Assembly: GCA_002269645.1 (NCBI GenBank)
Contig: NIVC01001020.1
Coordinates: forward strand, 248,001 to 312,000
Length of the DNA: 64,000 bases
Direction of reading: 5' to 3'
From: Macrostomum lignano
Taxonomy: Eukaryota
Program-made: the position numbers and the translations under genes
The notes under the pieces: generated by a model
Seen by the model: only the letters and a program-made list of their open reading frames with translations
The model's database searches: none
What the model was told of the DNA's origin: nothing
Part shown: in pieces, positions 23,501-34,612 of the stretch
Position numbering within the stretch: the stretch's first letter is position 1
Layout of the letters: every line of letters begins with the position of its first letter

Positions 23501-25912
23501 CAGGATGTACACACTGTACATAGACTGGGGCAGGATGTACACACTGTAAATGGACTGGGGCAGGATGTACACACTGTAAATGGACTGGGGCAGGATGTAC
23601 ACCAATAAAATCGTATCTCCAGGAACTTCCATGTGTGGAACGAGATGTGGATGACGCGGCCGAACCTCGGCAAGCGCTACAACGGCTGGCAGGCTGTGGA
23701 CGCCACACCGCAGGAAGTGAGCGGTGGGTTCTTCCAGACCGGGCCGTGTCCGCTCTTGGCCATCAGGGAGGGCGAGGTCAACGTGCCGCACGATGCCAAC
23801 TTTATCTTCTCGGAGGTTAACGCCTGCGTCAAGCGCTATGTGTCGCCCGACAACGGGGAGACTTGGATCGAGGCCCATTCTGACCCAGAGTCTGTTGGGA
23901 AGTTCCTCAGCACCAAGGTAGTTTGAGAAGAGTTTGAGTAAATCACCTGCAAAAGGTATTCAGAATCACCGCCACCCCAAAACACCCACCTCCCTAAAAC
24001 ATCCACCACCCCAAAACACCCACCGCCCCAAAAAACCCACCACCCCAAAACCCTCAACACCCCAAAACACCCATCACCCTACAACACCCACCACCCCAAA
24101 ACACCCACCACCCCAAAACACCCACCTCCCCAAAACACCCACCAACCCCAAAACACCCACCTCATCAAAACACCCACCAACCCCAAAACACCCACTAACC
24201 CCAAAACCTTCATTCCTGCAGGCTGTCGGGTCCTTCGAGCGTCAAGACTTGACGAACCTGTACAAGTACGAGGAGGGCAGCTCGGAGGAGCAGGCCACCT
24301 TCGAGCGGGCCCGCGAGCTCGCCAGGCAGGCCGGCAACGAGCGACTGCCTCCGCCGCGTGTCTCCCCTGACGGTCAGGAGGCTCCCGTGTGGCGCCTGCG
24401 CATCCTGCCTGGCCCGGACGCCGCCAGCTCCGGCATCGTGTTCGGCCAGGACGCCAGCGTGGAGGTGGCGGTGAAGAACCTGAGCGACAGGGACAGGGCG
24501 GGCTCCTGCTACTGCTCAGCGGTGCTCAGGAACAGCGCCGGCAAGGACCTCAAGGAGCTTAGCGTGGAGAATGTGAAGCTGGACCTTCCAGCTAATGTCG
24601 GTGAGCTCATTTAGTGACGGGGAGTTACAGAAAGGCACAGCAAAACTACAGGCACTTACAGTTAATTATAAAATTATAAAGGCAAAATCCCAAAAAGAAT
24701 TTTGTCTTGTGTTTCTTAGAAACCACTGCGAAGCTGTCAATCAATGCCTGGCAGTACACGGAGTTTGGCAACGAAGAGGTTGACATCGTCATTCAGGCTT
24801 CCCTCACCGACACGGAGAATCGAGTGCAGACCCTGGATCATGTGATCGGAATTCTGTACCCTGATCTGCTCATCAGGGTGAGATTTTAACCTCATTACTT
24901 GGGGTGAACCAGATGCAAAATCAGCTCCCAAAAACACACACCTCTCAAAAACACCCACCACCCAAAATTACCCACCACCCCAAAACACCCGCCACCCCAA
25001 AACACATGTCACCCCAAAACACCCGCCACACCAAATCACCCACCACCCCAAAACACCCGCCACACCAAAAAAGTCACCACCCCAAATCACCCAACACCCC
25101 AAAACACCCGCCACCCCAAAACACCCACCACCCCAAAACACCCGCCACCCCAAATCACCCACGACCCCAAAACACCCGCCACCCCAAAACTGCCACCACC
25201 CCAAATTCCCCACCACCCCAAAACACCCGCCACCCCAAAACAGCCACCATCCCAAAACGCCCACCACCCCAAGCACCCAAGTCCAGATCACGCCAAAAAG
25301 TTATATACTTTAATCACCCGATATTTTAATATTAACTGTGATCCCTATCTACTCTGAAGCACTGCAAATCCCGCCCGCCCATCCAGATTCCGGAGTCAAT
25401 TAAAAAGTACCGCACAAGCGAGATTGTGGTGGAGCTGAAGAACGACCTGGAGTTCGCGCTTACCGACGCGAAATTCTCCATCGAGGCGCCCGGCTTGAGA
25501 AGCTACGATTTGGAGCAGAAAGTCGAGTGAGTCATTGGCCTGATTTAGCTAAAACGGCCCTTTTGGGGCTATCGTATCTGACACTAGAAAAAGCACAAAA
25601 ATATGTTTCCACTGAAAGTCCTACTACTAACAGAAATCTATCACAGTACAGAAATATACTAAGGACAAAGCATAAGTAGTTTAGGCGCATTTTAATTCAT
25701 TAATTTTTTTAAAGCCGACTAAAATTATGATACAAAGAGGATTTTCAAACCTCTCTTCCCCATGCAGCGACATTGAGCCGGGTGCTGAAGCGGCTGCCAC
25801 CTTCAAGGTTCGCTTCTATCGGGCCGGTCCAATTACCCTGGTTGCTTCCTTCAGCAGCAAGCAGGTGACTGGAGTGTTCCAGCAGGCCTCCTTCTATGTG
25901 GATTATTACTGA
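17513..25912 (+). CDS. Protein-glutamine gamma-glutamyltransferase (transglutaminase, F13A/TGM family), about 713 aa
   Basis: Exons 17513-17540 (less certain), 18994-19223, 20756-20803, 20881-21052, 21491-21615, 22071-22353, 22685-22823, 23623-23917, 24222-24600, 24720-24877, 25387-25526, 25768-25912 (2142 nt, in frame). Motifs: LVVRRGAPF, YNPF, PWFFGQF, catalytic GQCWVF, VTNFSSAHD, WNFHVWNE (His), WQAVDATPQE (Asp), YKYEEGS, and C-terminal Ig-like domains. Confidence 0.93.
17605..18857 (+). repeat. Compound 20/22-bp and 26-bp minisatellites, transglutaminase intron 1
   Basis: CTCTGATTCAGGATCAGGCACT to about 18540, then GATCACTGTGATTCAGGATCAGTCAG. Both share the core GATTCAGGATCA. Confidence 0.95.
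19265..19692 (+). repeat. 21-bp minisatellite, transglutaminase intron 2
   Basis: Units TTATGGTTAATTAGGGATATT and TTATGGTTAATTTGGGACAGT. Confidence 0.95.
20330..20730 (+). repeat. 15-bp minisatellite, transglutaminase intron 2
   Basis: Unit GATAATCTCATGGTC. Confidence 0.97.
21105..21435 (+). repeat. 22-bp minisatellite, transglutaminase intron 4
   Basis: Unit GTTAGATATCAGATCGGAACAT. Confidence 0.92.
21645..22010 (+). repeat. CT-rich polypyrimidine low-complexity tract, transglutaminase intron 5
   Basis: Nearly all C/T, built from CTCTCCC-like units. Confidence 0.9.
22420..22610 (+). repeat. 24-bp minisatellite, transglutaminase intron 6
   Basis: Unit GGGTGTCCATAGGGTGTGGAGGGA. Confidence 0.88.
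22900..23602 (+). repeat. 30-bp minisatellite, transglutaminase intron 7
   Basis: Unit TGGACTGGGGCAGGATGTACACACTGTACA, about 23 copies. Confidence 0.98.
23965..24210 (+). repeat. CACCACCCCAAAACACC-type repeat, transglutaminase intron 8
   Basis: C/A-only degenerate units of about 17-19 bp. Confidence 0.9.
24925..25285 (+). repeat. CACCACCCCAAAACACC-type repeat, transglutaminase intron 10
   Basis: Same family as the intron 8 array. Confidence 0.9.
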
Positions 25913-26327
25913 GTTGAAGTTTGCTCTCAAAGCAGTTTGTCAAAGTGAAACTCAACTCTTTATTCATTTTTTATAACTTTTTAAACAAGTTTTTAAGGTA
26001 GCAGAACTAGGTTAAAATTTATGCTCAATATAAAAACTACTATCTAATTTAATGTTTTTTTTCAATTATCAAAAACATACTTTTTGTTAATTTATATGAT
26101 AAACATTACTTTTTAACCATACATTTTACTGCCTGTGCTCCTGTTTTCAACTCCAGTTCTGCTCTAGAATCTCAATTGATTTCGGTTTTATTGTCTGCCT
26201 GCCTGCTATAAACAGACTTTCTATCATTATTATATTGTCTGCTAATATTAGCTGTCTGCTAAATTTAGCAGGAAAACTCGCTTATTTCTACTTTTATCAG
26301 TAGTCTGATTAGAAAGCCATTAGAGAA

Positions 26328-27050
26328 TCTACGGCGCCGAAATGAGAATCGATGGCACCAAAGTTAAAATTGATGGCGCTGAAATGAGAATCAATGGCGC
26401 CAAAATGAGAATCGATGGCGCCGAAATGAAAATCGATGGCGCCAAAATGAGAATCGATGGCACCAAAGTTAAAATCGATGGCGCCAAAATGAGAATCGAT
26501 TGCACCAAAGTTAAAATTGATGGCGCCGAAATGAGAATCAATGGCGCCAAAATGAGAATCGATGGCGCCGAAATGAGAATCTACGGCACCGAAATGAGAA
26601 TCGATGGCGCCGAAATGAGAATCGATGGCGCCGAAATGAGAATCTACGGCACCGAAATGAGAATCGATGGCGCCGAAATGAGAATCGATGGCGCCGAAAT
26701 GAGAATCTACGGCACCGAAATGAGAATCGATGGCGCCGAAATGAGAATCGATGGCGCCGAAATGAGAATCTACGGCGCCGAAATGAGAATCGATGGCGCC
26801 GAAATGAGAATCTACGGCGCCGAAATGAGAATCTACGGCGCCGAAATGAGAATCTACGGCGCCGAAATGAGAATCGATGGCGCCGAAATGAGAATCGATG
26901 GCGCCGAAATGAGAATCGATGGCGCCGAAATGAGAATCTACGGCGCCGAAATGAGAATCGATGGCGCCGAAATGAGAATCTACGGCGCCGAAATGAGAAT
27001 CGATGGCGCCGAAATGAGAATCTACGGCGCCGAAATGAGAATCAATGTCG
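26328..27050 (+). repeat. 21-bp minisatellite
   Basis: Unit GATGGCGCCGAAATGAGAATC, with a TACGGC variant. Confidence 0.97.
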
Positions 27051-27949
27051 CCCACAACTGCATAACAGTAACGACCCCAAATGAGACTCAAAGGTGTTAT
27101 CAGAAGTGCATGTAATTAAAAATTGCATGGATAAGCCGCAGTTGTTTACAGCAATTTCTAAGCTGATAAAAATGCCAGCTATTTCTGTTCGCAAGTGCAG
27201 CAGCAACCACCACATGACTCGTGTTTACTTTATGACTGCAGTCTCTATAAATGCTGCTCAACCTGTCTGCTCAAATGCTTCCTTCAAATCTTCTTCATTG
27301 ACCCATTGACTGGTTTCAGAGTGGAGTGAAATTGCTCTCGGCTCGTTTGAAGTTATTGATTGCAACCCCCCCCCCCTGTCACCCCTCTCACCCTCTGCCC
27401 GGGCTGTTGCGGTAGAATGAGAGTGAATGTACATTCAGCTTGTGCACACCGGGCGCATGTGTACATTTTGCAGCTGTTAGAATTTCTCTGCGGGTGGGAA
27501 GGAATGTGTTGATTGTTGACAGAAGTTGCAGCGTACAACAAATACTACATACAATTTGTATTGCACAGAATTTTCATTGCTAATTGGATATATTTATAGT
27601 TTTCATTGTTTTTCACTTTAGAAAGAAAGGCCACACTGCTAATATAATCATGAGAGCATATGCCAGCCTAAATTTCACCTTTTTGTGTTACCACCAGGAA
27701 TTTCGTGTCTCATCCCCCCCCCCCGAGTCTAAGGGTCTTTTTGTTTGCTGTCTCATGTCTCATACAGACGCTCGGGTCTGTAGCGAGCGTACAGCATGGG
27801 GGGGGTCAGTACCGTTTAGTGCTCTCTGCTATTGCTGCTCCAGTTTTAGAGCAGTCTTTAGAGCCTGTGCAGGAGACTATGTAATTAAACACAGAGACAG
27901 AGGAGAAAAGAGGATAGAAGAGGAGAGAAAAGAGAATCAAAGCTAAGTG

Positions 27950-28925
27950 ACCAGAGACTACAGACACAAGACTAGAGATTGGAAACTAGAGACTAGAGGC
28001 CAGAGACTAGAGACCAGACGCTATAGAGACTAGAGTCCAGAGACTAGAGATCAGGGGCTAGAGACTAGAGATCAGGGGCTAGAGATCAGGGGCTAGAGAC
28101 TAGAGATCAGGGGCTAGAGACTAGAGGCCATAGACTAGAGATTAGAGGCCAGAGACCATAGACTAGTGGCCAGAGACTAGAGACCAGACGCTATAGAGAC
28201 TAGAGTCCAGAGACTAGAGATCAGGGGCTAGAGACTAGAGATCAGGGGCTAGAGATCAGGGGCTAGAGACTAGAGATCAGGGGCTAGAGACTAGAGATCA
28301 GGGGCTAGAGATCAGAGGCCAGAGACCATAGACTAGTGGCCAGAGACTAGAGACCAGACGCTATAGAGACTAGAGGCCAGAGACTAGAGACCAGACGCTA
28401 TAGAGACTTAGAGGCCCGAGACTAGAGATCAGGGGCTAGAGACTAGAGATCAGGGACTAGAGACTAGAGATCAGGGGCTAGAGGCTAGAGATCAGGGGCT
28501 AGAGACTAAAGATCAGGGGCTAGAGACTAGAGACCAGACGCTATAGAGACTAGAGATCAGGGGCTAGAGACTAGAGACCAGACGCTATAGAGACTAGAGA
28601 TCAGGGGCTAGAGACTAGAGATCAGGGGCTAGAGACTAGAGATCAGGGGCTAGAGACTAGAGATCAGGGGCTAGAGACTAGAGATCAGGGGCTAGAGACT
28701 AGAGACCAGACGCTATAGAGACTAGAGATCAGGGGCTAGAGACTAGAGATCAGGGGCTAGAGACTAGAGGCCAGAGACTATGGACTAGAGGCCAGAGACC
28801 ATAGACTAGAGGCCATAGACAAGAGATCAGAGGCCAGAGACCATAGACTAGAGGCCAGAGACTAGAGATCAGAGGCCAGAAACCATAGACCAGTGGCCAG
28901 AGATTAGAGACTAGAGACTAAAGAC
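27950..28925 (+). repeat. Compound minisatellite built on AGAGACT/AGAGATCAGGGGCT
   Basis: Mixed units AGAGACTAGAGATCAGGGGCT and AGAGACCAGACGCTAT. Confidence 0.92.
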
Positions 28926-29369
28926 AAGATCAATAAACTACGCCCGTAGATAAAGATGAGAAATCAGAGAGACCAGATAGAATGCTATTAATAGTTTGGC
29001 AATGCAAGGCAGACAGCTAAATGAGCCATAAATGAAGCCGAAAGCGGTCTGCAGAGCCTCGTGGGAACTCGCGGACTGTCAAGTGGACCGACAGGTTATT
29101 ATGAAAGAATTTTTCTACCTTCCAGTCACCGCCGCCATCATCGTAAACTGGAGAATGCTATGCTGGGTGTGCAGCCTAGGTGTAATTCATATTTAATCTC
29201 TATTAGAAAATTATAGTTCTCACACAGTTTTATTTTTCACTGCTAAACTAACCTAATACGTCGCAATTTTTTTGCGAATTCACACGAATTAATTGATAGT
29301 GAAATCTGATGTTATTTTTCTCACCTGCTTTAATGAAAAAATAGAAAAGACGAGACAAGACAATATGAG

Positions 29370-29500
29370 ATAGGGAAGAGAAGAGAGGAGAGGAGAGGGG
29401 AGGAGAGGAGAGGAGAGGAGAGGGGAGGAGAGGAGAGGGGAGGAGATGGGAGGAGAGGAGAGGAGAGGAGAGGGGAGGAGAGGAGTAGAGAGAGAGAGAA
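29370..29500 (+). repeat. (GGAGA)n polypurine tract
   Basis: Direct inspection. It abuts the 3' side of the hammerhead-bearing segment. Confidence 0.9.
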
Positions 29501-29552
29501 GAGAGGTCACGGCGTGTTTAAAAAAATCAAAAGACTTAATTAATTTAATATG

Positions 29553-29590
29553 GGCTACCGGTTTCGAGCCTCTGGGCTCTTCGTCAGGCC
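29553..29590 (-). ncRNA. Minimal type I hammerhead ribozyme (Penelope/retrozyme type)
   Basis: Minus strand reads GGC CUGACGA A GAGCC-CAGA-GGCUC GAAA C-CG-GUA GCC. It has the full catalytic core, a 5-bp stem II, a palindromic ACCGGU stem III, a GUA cleavage triplet and a 3-bp stem I. Confidence 0.82.
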
Positions 29591-30319
29591 AAAAAATCTG
29601 TGTGTCATGCAATGCAAGTTGGTCTTTTAAGTATTATCTTTCTTAGTCTGATAGAATTGATGAGTAGTTGTACATATGAGGGATGTACATTTAAAACCCT
29701 GTTTTGCCTAGCTCTAACTTGTCCCAGAGGCTTTCCACCATTCATTTTAAACGACAGTATATTTGTAATAAAAAAAATGTTATTTCGAAGTACTATGCGA
29801 TATGCGATACTATACGATTAGATGAAATGCCGGTATTGGGGGTAGGAGCATAAAAATCAATACTGAGCGTACAATTAAGCAGTTTGAATAAAATAAAATA
29901 AATGACACGCGAATAAATATTGTACGAGTACTTTAATAGGGTAAAAATAGCGCATTGGTTAAAATGATTAAATGTTTCCTGGCTGAGACTTGAACTTATT
30001 GGGAGCCAGGAGGCTCTGTAAGTTACGTTGCCGTGTAAAAGCGGGCAGTATGCGGGAGCCTGGTTTATTTTGTAGCTTATCAAAGTTTTTAGCAATCTCG
30101 TTGGCAAGCCAGACCGTAGATGGGTGAAAAGGAAGGACCATTGGGATGGGTCGGAGAATATGATTGTCGACCCTGATGTTCGTGCCTGGCGGTTTGTCAG
30201 TCCCTAGCTTTTTAATCCAGATTTCTTCCCTTAGTTCGATTTTGTTGTTATTAAGAACATGTTCGATAGCAATGGAGACAAAGTTTGCAATCGAGTGATT
30301 GGGGGTGAGAAAGTGCTCA

Positions 30320-31657
30320 GAGGGGAGGAGGGGAGGAGAGGGGAGGAGAGGAGAGGAGAGGGGAGGAGGAGAGGGAGGAGAGGAGAGGAGAGGGAGGAGG
30401 AGAGGGGAGGAGGAGAGGGGAGGAGAGGAGAGGAGAGGGGAGGAGGAGAGGGGAGGAGAGGAGAGGAGAGGGGAGGAGGAGAGGGGAGGAGAGGAGAGTA
30501 GAGGAGAGGAGAGGAGAGGGGAGGAGAGGGGAGGAGAGGAGAGTAGAGGAGAGGAGAGGAGAGGGGAGGAGAGGGGAGGAGAGGAGAGGAGAGGAGAGGG
30601 GAGGAGAGGAGAGGAGAGGAGATGGGAGGAGAGGAGAGGAGAGGAGAGGGGAGGAGAGGAGAGGAGAGGGGAGGAGAGGAGAGGAGAGGAGAGGGGAGGA
30701 GAGGGGAGGAGGAGAGGGGAGGAGGAGAGGGGAGGAGAGGAGAGTAGAGGAGAGGAGAGGAGAGGGGAGGAGAGGGGAGGAGAGGAGAGGAGAGGAGAGG
30801 GGAGGAGAGGAGAGGAGAGGAGATGGGAGGAGAGGAGAGGAGAGGAGAGGGGAGGAGAGGAGAGGAGAGGGGAGGAGAGGAGAGGAGAGGAGAGGGGAGG
30901 AGAGGGGAGGAGGAGAGGGGAGGAGGAGAGGGGAGGAGAGGAGAGTAGAGGAGAGGAGAGGGGAGGAGAGGGGAGGAGGAGAGGGAGGAGAGGAGAGGGG
31001 AGGAGATGGGAGGAGAGGAGAGGAGAGGAGAGGGGAGGAGAGGAGAGGGGAGGAGAGGAGAGTAGAGGAGAGGAGAGTAGAGGACGAGAGGGGAGGAGAG
31101 GAGAGTAGAGGAGAGGAGAGGGGAGGAGAGGAGAGGAGAGGAGAGGAGAGGGGAGGAGAGGGGAGGAGAGGAGAGGGGAGGAGAGGAGAGGGGTGGAAAG
31201 GGGAGGAGAGGAGAGGGGAGGAGATGGGAGGAGAGGAGAGGAGAGGAGAGGGGAGGAGAGGAGAGGGGAGGAGAGGAGAGGGAGGAGAGGAGAGGAGAGG
31301 GGAGGAGGAGAGGGGAGGAGAGGAGAGGAGAGGGGAGGAGGAGAGGGGAGGAGGAGAGGGGAGGAGAGGAGAGGAGAGGGGAGGAGGAGAGGGGAGGAGA
31401 GGAGAGGGGAGGAGAGGAGAGGAGAGGGGAGGAGGAGAGGGGAGGAGAGGAGAGGAGAGGGGAGGAGGAGAGGGGAGGAGGAGAGGGAGGAGAGGAGAGG
31501 AGAGGGGAGGAGGAGAGGGGAGGAGAGGAGAGAAGAGGGGAGGAGGAGAGGGGAGGAGGAGAGGGGAGGAGAGGAGAGGAGAGGGGAGGAGGAGAGGGGA
31601 GGAGGAGAGGGGAGGAGAGGAGAGGGGAGGACGAGAGGGGAGGAGAGGGGAGGAGAG
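30320..31657 (+). repeat. About 1.3-kb (GGAGA/GGAGGAGAGG)n polypurine tract
   Basis: Almost no pyrimidines on the plus strand. Confidence 0.98.
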
Positions 31658-32127
31658 ACGAGGCTTCAAATCAGAGAACGTCAAGAAAAATTGTTAGATA
31701 AAGCAAAAAAAAGTAAAAGCAGAGCGACACGAGAAATTGCTGAGAGGCGAAGGCGGAGCCGATGGCGCAACGGTGAAAACAGACCCCCCGCTAATTCAGT
31801 CTACTATCGATGTGAGTCAGCGCTGGATATTGCGCAAATCGCAGTGCCCATTGGCGCTGACCTTGGCCCAGCCCACGCAGTATTTTCTATTTGTGTTGGA
31901 AAAAAATTAATGAGCGTTGCATTAATTAGCCGCGGTGCGTGCGGAACCCTGCACGGTGCGGCCACGCTTTCTGTAATTGCACTCTCTGCTCTGCTTGTGC
32001 GACCGAATATGATTATTGTGGAGTGGAATGCAGAGCTCGGAACTGGGGCTCTGGCACTCTCGTTTGGCTTGCTTGAGTCTTCTGCTTTTGTTGCAATTGA
32101 GACAATCAGTTCTTTTCTTTTTTGTTT

Positions 32128-32560
32128 TCTCACCCATCTATCTCACTCTCCTTCTCACCCCAATTTCACCCTCCTTCAGCCAATCTCACTCTCCTTCTCA
32201 CCCCAATGTCACCCTCCTTCAGCCAATCTCACTCTCCTTCTCACCCCAATGTCACCCTCCTTCAGCCAATCTCACTCTCCTTCTCACCCCAATGTCACCC
32301 TCCTTCACCCAATCTCACTCTCCTTCTCACCCCAATGTCACCCTCCTTCACCCAATCTCACTCTCCTTCTCACCCCAATGTCACCCTCCTTCACCCAATC
32401 TCACTCTCCTTCTTACTCTCCTTCCCACCCAATCTCACTCTCCTTCTCACTATTTTTCTCACCCAATCTCACTCTTTCTCACCCCAATGTCACCCTCCTT
32501 CATCCAATCTCACTCTCCCTCTCACCCAATCTCACTCTCGCTCTCACCCAATTTCACTCA
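32128..32560 (+). repeat. 43-bp minisatellite
   Basis: Unit CTCACCCCAATGTCACCCTCCTTCAGCCAATCTCACTCTCCTT. Confidence 0.92.
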
Positions 32561-32928
32561 ACAAATCATGTTACAGAGCTTCATTTCAAATGAAGCATTC
32601 CGTTTTAAAATTTATAACCGATTTTGTTAAAACTGACAGAAAAAGACTGTTGAGAATTTCCACTCTAAGCAGCGGGGGGGTTATTAATAGTACAGGAGCA
32701 GATGAGCTCAGTGGGGAAGAGAGAATGGGGATCGGGGAACGGCGAGGAGCCGAGGTTGGCCCGGGAGGACTCATTCCACCTGTGTTTCTATTATTAGTAG
32801 GTAGCGGCAGTGCGGGATTTAGCCAGGGTGAGTCAGCAGCCAAATTAGGGATTTGTACGGCTTGGGAGCACCGGCCTCCATGCTCCCCTGTGCACTGCAA
32901 ATCCCCAGCCCCCGGCTCAGGCCAGGGG

Positions 32929-33021
32929 TATAAATCCGCCACAGACGGACGGGCCAAGGGACAGCATGAGCACAGCTGGGGAACAGACAACTCGCGCCGA
33001 CTTTGCTTTCAATATCTCTGG
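32929..33021 (+). promoter_or_regulatory. Candidate TATA promoter and non-coding first exon of the ELF/E74 gene
   Basis: TATAAAT at 32929-32935, a strong donor G|GTAAGT at 33021/33022, and an acceptor TTTCTGCAG ending at 34594, just before ATG 34613. Confidence 0.45.
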
Positions 33022-33924
33022 GTAAGTTTGCGCTACAGTGATTCTCTGAGACAAATAGCAATTGTTGCAGACAGTTAATTATCTTAAAGCAAACTCAACA
33101 GATAGGTCAAATATTTAGTTTATTGCTCTGATACAGCTGCGCCATATCTCTTTTAAGATACTTAGAGCCGGCCCATAGCATGTCCTGTCATTTATTCACA
33201 GGCCAAATTAGTCAGGCTTGGGTGGGCAGGCAGGCATTTCATTCACGCGCCTTGGGTTCTGCTAGATTGAGTGACTCACTTCAGCCAAGCATGTTTAGCA
33301 AATGTCTCTCTAGCAGGAATAAGCCAGCTGGCTAGAGTTCGTCCACGCGCATCGTATGCTTTCTTTGTTCTGTCTGGTTCTTGCTAAAGGCGAGTGGCCC
33401 AGTGGGAAACTCTCCACAGTGACTCACAGCCCAGCCCCGCAGCCGCAGTGCCTTCATATTTCATTGTGAATTACGCGCGGCCTGTGTGTGCACGCAGGTC
33501 AATGCGCCGTGTGTACGAATCCAGCCCTGGCCCCCAGAACTCGATAGCGCAGAGCTCCATAATAGGCTGCATGGGGTGGCTCCAGCTCGAGGCTCAATTT
33601 TAGACATTTCGTACCAAAAATGCGCGAATTAAGGAGGGAGGGAGGGGGGTTGGTGGAGAGAGGTGAAAAGGTTACACAGCGTGTTCGTTGGGGTTGTGTA
33701 TCGAGCGCACATATATAAATATAATATTGTGAAGGCACAGTCTCAAGTTAGCTTTGAAGCTTTTGTTCTATAGAAATTTTTTTCTGCTCAAATTAATTTG
33801 TATTTTTCCCATAGTCATCCGATACATTTATTAGTGTAATTGGTAAGTTTATTGGTTGTGTATTTGAGAATATTGGTTGGCAGGATTCGAACTTAAATGC
33901 ATCATTTCTGCAGTTCTCTCCCGT

Positions 33925-34142
33925 TACCTTGTGGCGCCCCTGTTCACCTTGTGGCGCCTCTTGTTCACCTTGTGGCGCCTCTTGTTTCCCATTGTGGCGC
34001 CTCTTGTTTCCCATTGTGGCGCCTCTTGTTTCCCATTGTGGCGCCTCTTGTTTCCCTTTGTGGCGCCTCTTGTTTCCCTTGTGGCGCCTCTTGTTCACCT
34101 TGTGGCGCCTCTTGTTCACCTTGTGGCGCCTCTTGTTCACGC
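33925..34142 (+). repeat. 21/22-bp minisatellite
   Basis: Unit TTGTGGCGCCTCTTGTTCACC / ...TTTCCCA. Confidence 0.93.
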
Positions 34143-34612
34143 GGTTGGACTTCAATGGGAATTTAAATTAGCGCGGGTTCCCAACGCTTATTGGGATATT
34201 TTGAAATAAAGATCGGATTAAGTCGGGCAGGTGAAGTGTCACTACTGGCCATAGTATTCCAGTCCCAGTGCTACGTGAATCGATAAGCTCATGGAACGCG
34301 GCAGAAAGCTCAGTTTGGCCGGAGCTGATTAGAGCAGTTTACACAACAATCGCCGAGTGCAAAACCTGCTGTGAAGACTCGGTGGGGGAGGGCGGCGGCG
34401 GCGGGCAGTTTTTCCTGTTGGTTTTGTTTCCAAGCTCAACAGTCGGCCGAGAGATAAGGAGAGCAGGGGCGCTGAGCGGTGTACACAGGCCCGTACACAC
34501 GGGGTGTGCGATTCTGACTGAGTCATTTCGAACTGCCTACAGCTGCAATGAGTCTTCTTACTAATAGCTCAACGCATTTCTCGCATTTCTGCAGATCGCG
34601 CACCCGACAGCC

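Larger units (their letters stand above)
31813..34525. promoter_or_regulatory. Cluster of five AP-1 sites (TGA(C/G)TCA)
   Basis: Exact sites at 31813, 32829, 33272, 33420 and 34519. Confidence 0.5.

Noticed and set aside
22180-23673. 497-aa Cys-rich ORF resembling a metallothionein or keratin-associated protein
   Set aside because: It is an antisense read-through of the intronic 30-bp and 24-bp minisatellites plus transglutaminase exons.
26309-27115. 257/260-aa repeat ORFs on both strands (MRIDGAE / DSHFGAI)
   Set aside because: A 21-bp unit without stops is open by construction. There is no unique flanking coding sequence or splice context.
30299-32593. Long E/R/G- and S/P/L-rich ORFs
   Set aside because: They derive from the polypurine tract and the 43-bp minisatellite.
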